Below, one piece after another: positions 60,241-64,000 of a DNA stretch of 64,000 nt. The position numbers and the translations under genes were made by a program. This stretch comes from an uncultured Candidatus Saccharibacteria bacterium (lineage in GTDB: Bacteria; Patescibacteriota; Saccharimonadia; Saccharimonadales; CAZDQS01): contig CAZDQS010000001.1 in NCBI GenBank assembly GCA_964507855.1, positions 166,121 to 230,120 on the forward strand, read 5' to 3'. The notes below the pieces were generated by a model, which saw nothing but the letters and a program-made list of their open reading frames with translations, searched no databases and was not told the origin of the DNA. The stretch's first letter is position 1. Each line of letters starts with the position of its first letter.

Positions 60241-62148
60241 ATGGGAAAAATCATTGGAATCGATTTAGGTACAACCAACTCGGCAATGGCTGTTATGCAA
60301 GCCGGCAAGCCAGAAATTATCGCCAACTCCGAAGGCAACCGCACCACACCGTCTGTTGTGGCTATCAACAAGAACGGCGAACGCTTGGTCGGCCAGGTGG
60401 CCCGCCGCCAGCAGGTGACCAACAGCAAAAACACGATTTATGAAGTTAAGCGCCTCATTGGCCGCCGGTGGGAGGACAAAGAAGTCCAGCGCGACCTCAA
60501 GCTCATGGGCTACGAGATGGTGAAGTCCGGCAACGGCGTAAAGGTCAAGATGGGCGACAAAGAGTACAGCCCGGAAGAAATTAGCGCCATGATCCTTGGC
60601 AAGCTGAAGGCTGACGCCGAAAGCTTCTTGGGCGAGCCGGTAACAGAGGCGGTTATTACCGTTCCTGCATATTTTGATGATTCACAGCGCCAGGCTACCA
60701 AGGACGCCGGCAAGATTGCCGGGCTCGAGGTCAAGCGTATTATCAACGAGCCGACTGCTGCTGCCTTGGCCTACGGTTTGGACAAGGCCGACAAGAAGGA
60801 TGAGAAAATCGCGGTTTACGACCTTGGTGGCGGTACGTTTGACGTATCTATCCTGGAGCTCGGTGATGGCGTATTTGAAGTCAAGAGCACCAACGGTGAT
60901 ACGCACCTTGGCGGTGCCGACTTTGACCGCGCAATCGTCAACTACTTCGTGGACGAGTTCAAGAAGGAGCATGGCCTTGATATCTCTGATGACAAGGCCG
61001 CTATGCAGCGCCTGCGCGACGAAGCGGAGAAGGCCAAGATTGAGCTGTCATCCACCAACGAAGTTGATGTTAATCTGCCGTTCTTAACGGCTGACGCTGA
61101 CGGGCCGAAGCACTTCGAGCACAAATTAACCCGTGCCAAGCTTGAGAGCCTGGTCGGTGATCTTATCGACAAGACTGCCGGCCCTTGCGAGAAGGCTCTC
61201 AAGGACGCCGGTCTCAAAGCAAGCGACATCGATGCGGTTGTACTGGTGGGTGGTATGACCCGCATGCCGGCCGTTCAGGAAAAGGTCCAGAAGATCTTTG
61301 GCAAGGAGCCGATGAAGGGTGTGAATCCTGATGAGGTCGTCGCCGTCGGTGCTGCCATCCAGGGAGGTGTGCTGCAGGGCGATGTCAAGGACGTACTACT
61401 CCTGGACGTGACGCCGCTGTCACTTGGTATCGAGACACTGGGAGGTGTCGCCACCAAGCTGATTGAGCGCAATACCACTATCCCGACCAGCAAGAGCGAA
61501 GTGTTCTCGACGGCAGCCGACAATCAGCCACAGGTAGAAATCCACGTTGTTCAGGGTGAGCGCGAGATGGTAGCTGACAACAAATCTTTGGGCCGCTTTG
61601 TGCTCGATGGCATTCCGCCGGCACCGCGCGGCGTACCGCAGATTGAGGTGACCTTCAACCTCGACGCCAACGGTATCCTGCACGTGACTGCCAAGGACAA
61701 GGGCTCCGGTAAGGAACAGAGTATTACTATCCAAAACAGCGGCAACCTCGATAAAGCAGAGGTCGAAAAGATGGCTAAGGAAGCCGAAGCTCATGCCGAG
61801 GAAGATAAGAAGAAGCGTGAGGCTATTGAAGCTCGCAACCAGCTCGACAGCGCCATCTATCAGGCCGAGAAACTGAAGAGCGACAACAAGGACAAGATTT
61901 CTGAAGAAGATCAAAAAACGCTTGATGAGGCTGTCGAGGCGGCCAAGAAAGTCGTTAAGGACGACAAGGCTGACAAAGACGCTCTCGAAGCGGCTGCTAA
62001 GGAGCTAACTGACAAGCTGATGCCAATAGGCGCCAAGATGTATGAGCAGGCCGAGAAGGAAGAAGCATCAGCCGACGACAGCAAAAAGGACGACAAAGAA
62101 GACCCCGTCGAAGGCGAAGTGGTAGACGAAGACACATCCGGCAAGTAA
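60241..62148 (+). CDS. dnaK: chaperone DnaK (Hsp70)
   Basis: [18 protein letters not shown], full-length Hsp70. Confidence 0.97.
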   Translation: MGKIIGIDLGTTNSAMAVMQAGKPEIIANSEGNRTTPSVVAINKNGERLVGQVARRQQVTNSKNTIYEVKRLIGRRWEDKEVQRDLKLMGYEMVKSGNGVKVKMGDKEYSPEEISAMILGKLKADAESFLGEPVTEAVITVPAYFDDSQRQATKDAGKIAGLEVKRIINEPTAAALAYGLDKADKKDEKIAVYDLGGGTFDVSILELGDGVFEVKSTNGDTHLGGADFDRAIVNYFVDEFKKEHGLDISDDKAAMQRLRDEAEKAKIELSSTNEVDVNLPFLTADADGPKHFEHKLTRAKLESLVGDLIDKTAGPCEKALKDAGLKASDIDAVVLVGGMTRMPAVQEKVQKIFGKEPMKGVNPDEVVAVGAAIQGGVLQGDVKDVLLLDVTPLSLGIETLGGVATKLIERNTTIPTSKSEVFSTAADNQPQVEIHVVQGEREMVADNKSLGRFVLDGIPPAPRGVPQIEVTFNLDANGILHVTAKDKGSGKEQSITIQNSGNLDKAEVEKMAKEAEAHAEEDKKKREAIEARNQLDSAIYQAEKLKSDNKDKISEEDQKTLDEAVEAAKKVVKDDKADKDALEAAAKELTDKLMPIGAKMYEQAEKEEASADDSKKDDKEDPVEGEVVDEDTSGK

Positions 62149-62169
62149 GCTAGTACAAAAGGAGTACGT

Positions 62170-62481
62170 ATGTCCAAGCTGTTTACTGCCGATCATATTG
62201 AGGCACTGATGTATGGAGAGGCACGGCTGCCTTCAGCGCCGCACGGGCTGCAAGAGGTTGCAGTAGCTACCCAATTAGCAGCGAGGTACGAGACGCCAAT
62301 TCTAAGATCTGTCAGCTTGGGGCAAAGGGCTGTAGGGTTAACGCTTTTTGTCAGTGATGCGCTTAAAACAGCCTTAAGCCCAGAAGAAAAAGCAAAGAAA
62401 ACGGGCGCAACAAACTTTGCGCCGTCCGAAGATGAAAAGTACCTCTATTCACCAGAAGTGCTTGAGGGGCTGATTGATTAA
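62170..62481 (+). CDS. hypothetical protein (103 aa) between dnaK and dnaJ
   Basis: AAAGGAG RBS; stop overlaps the dnaJ start (TAATG). Confidence 0.5.
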   Translation: MSKLFTADHIEALMYGEARLPSAPHGLQEVAVATQLAARYETPILRSVSLGQRAVGLTLFVSDALKTALSPEEKAKKTGATNFAPSEDEKYLYSPEVLEGLID

Positions 62482-63587
62482 TGGCGAAGCGTGACTATTA
62501 CGAAGTATTAGGTGTCGGTAAGGCTGCGAGCGCGGACGAGATTAAAAAAGCGTTCCGCAAGAAGGCTATTGAGTACCACCCGGACCGCGGCGGCGATGAG
62601 GCCAAGTTCAAGGAAGTCAACGAGGCTTACGAAGTCCTGAAGGATCCGTCCAAGCGCCAGCGCTATGACCAGTTCGGGCATGCCGGTGTCGGCAGCAGCG
62701 CGGCCAGCGACGGAAATCCGTTTGGGGGCTTTGGTGGTTTTGGCCAGGGTCAGAACGTACACTTTGACTTTGGTGACCTAGGCCTTGGTGATATTTTTGA
62801 AAGCTTTTTTGGCGGCGGAGGCACTGGTCAGCGCACGCGTCAGCGCCAGAAGCGTGGCCGTGACGTTGAGACACGGGTAGAAATCACGTTCGAGCAAGCC
62901 GTCTTTGGCACGGAAGCTGAGCTGGACCTCAATCTAGAAGATACCTGCGAACACTGTAAGGGCACTACAGTTGAGCCGGGGCATGAAATGAAGACTTGTC
63001 CGCAGTGTAAAGGTTCGGGCCAGGTAGTGAATGTCACGCGCACCATCTTCGGTAATATCCAGCAGGCCAGCATTTGTCCGACGTGCGAGGGCCGCGGCAA
63101 GGTGCCAGAAAAAGCCTGCTCAGTCTGTAAGGGTAAGGGCACGCAGCAAAAGAAGCAGACCATCAAGCTCAAGATCCCGGCTGGCATTGATGACGGCGCT
63201 ACGATCCGATTGCGTGAGCGTGGCGAAGCTGTCGCAAACGGGCCAAAAGGTGATCTCTACGTCAATATTCGGGTCAAGCCACACAAGAAATTTACGCGGG
63301 AAGGCGACCTCATTCTTAGTGAAGAGAGCATCAATATGATAGACGCCGCGCTTGGTACAACAATTGAGGTCGAGACAGTGGATGGTCCCGTCAAGATGAA
63401 AGTTCCGGCCGGCACGCAGAGCGGCACGGACTTCAAACTATCAGGCCATGGTGTTCCGCACCTACGAGGCAGCACCCGCGGCGCGCACATTGTCACCGTG
63501 CACGTCGAAACGCCCACCAAACTGACCAAAAAGCAGCAAGAACTCTTGAAGGAATTCAAAAAGTCAGGCAAGCGCGGTTTCTTTTAA
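62481..63587 (+). CDS. dnaJ: co-chaperone DnaJ
   Basis: J-domain HPD, G/F region, four CxxCxGxG zinc-finger repeats. Confidence 0.95.
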   Translation: MAKRDYYEVLGVGKAASADEIKKAFRKKAIEYHPDRGGDEAKFKEVNEAYEVLKDPSKRQRYDQFGHAGVGSSAASDGNPFGGFGGFGQGQNVHFDFGDLGLGDIFESFFGGGGTGQRTRQRQKRGRDVETRVEITFEQAVFGTEAELDLNLEDTCEHCKGTTVEPGHEMKTCPQCKGSGQVVNVTRTIFGNIQQASICPTCEGRGKVPEKACSVCKGKGTQQKKQTIKLKIPAGIDDGATIRLRERGEAVANGPKGDLYVNIRVKPHKKFTREGDLILSEESINMIDAALGTTIEVETVDGPVKMKVPAGTQSGTDFKLSGHGVPHLRGSTRGAHIVTVHVETPTKLTKKQQELLKEFKKSGKRGFF

Positions 63588-64000
63588 TTTTCTGGCTGAC
63601 GACGGTATTGGCCGTTTTTGGCGTGCTGCATGGCTTTATGCTCCATCATGGCTGCATCGGCCTCTGACTTTATTTGCCCAAAATCCGTACCCTCTTCCCA
63701 GGATGCCACACCGACAGCAATATCAAATCCGGTTTGTGCAATATGCGGATTACGATGTAAAAATGCTTCTTTTTCTTCGGTAATGCGCGTTAGTATAGCC
63801 TGAGTACGGACGTCTAAGGGCTGATGCTCGTCTTCGCGTGCACACATAATAACGACAAACTCATCACCACCTACGCGGGCAATCACATCTCCCTCACGAG
63901 TACTCTGTCTTAGTACAGATGCTATGCCAATGAGCGCCTCGTCGCCGGTCGCATGACCCAGTGTGTCGTTGACGGCTTTGAAGTTGGTGCCGTCAAGGAA
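63584..64000 (-). CDS. GGDEF-domain diguanylate cyclase (5' part outside window)
   Basis: The reverse frame stays open to the window edge and reads ..[18 protein letters not shown]...[12 protein letters not shown]. The track ORF starts at an internal Met. Confidence 0.8.
   Translation of the reverse strand, partial: FLDGTNFKAVNDTLGHATGDEALIGIASVLRQSTREGDVIARVGGDEFVVIMCAREDEHQPLDVRTQAILTRITEEKEAFLHRNPHIAQTGFDIAVGVASWEEGTDFGQIKSEADAAMMEHKAMQHAKNGQYRRQPEN

Noticed and set aside
1-64000. Search by eye for CRISPR arrays, rRNA, RNase P, IS elements or transposases, integrases, reverse transcriptases and toxin-antitoxin pairs.
   Set aside because: I found no regularly spaced direct repeats, no conserved rRNA or RNase P strings, and no ORF with recombinase, RT or TA signatures. 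The HNH endonuclease and the group I intron are the only clearly mobile-type gene content.

Overview
Gene-dense bacterial chromosomal window with about 75 protein genes on both strands, short intergenic gaps and many 1-8 nt gene overlaps. I saw no rRNA, CRISPR array, transposase or integrase. All family calls come from motifs read by eye; no searches were run.

Housekeeping content:
- Translation and RNA modification: archaeal-type aspS, lepA, tilS, tsaC, a Dus enzyme.
- Chaperones and proteolysis: ftsH and an hrcA-grpE-dnaK-dnaJ heat-shock operon with CIRCE-like operators.
- Envelope and division: murC-like ligase, murJ, an FtsB/DivIC-like protein.
- Extracytoplasmic thiol-disulfide genes: DsbA, VKOR, CcdA, DoxX, and a pyridine-nucleotide disulfide reductase with a stand-alone ATP-cone.
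- Transport: two ABC-2 exporters, a P-type ATPase, CaCA, CPA2 and MscS.
- Regulation: a histidine kinase with a single-domain response regulator, and an ECF-type sigma factor.
- Many membrane-anchored or secreted hypothetical proteins.

The reduced, surface-protein-rich content, the archaeal-type AspRS and an intron-bearing tRNA suggest a Patescibacteria/CPR (Saccharibacteria-like) genome. That placement is inference only.

Most interesting observations:
1. A modular, multi-hairpin intergenic repeat family has 3 full and 2 partial copies (17.6 kb, 38.0 kb, 57.1 kb, 10.2 kb). Its first stem shows compensatory changes between copies.
2. One copy sits between two copies of the last 45 nt of lepA. 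These differ only by synonymous substitutions, which looks like an insertion that brought its own replacement gene terminus.
3. tRNA-Ile2(CAU) is split by an Azoarcus-like group I intron. Its HNH endonuclease ORF is antisense and overlaps the tRNA 5' exon.
4. A tRNA-fMet locus carries inverted and direct tRNA 3'-end fragments. It lies next to an islet with tail-fibre-like genes and an OB-less ATP-dependent DNA ligase.
5. A consensus-promoter mini-operon encodes two 30-aa peptides after an ECF sigma factor that has no anti-sigma gene.
6. Leaderless-type -10/start-codon spacing is widespread.
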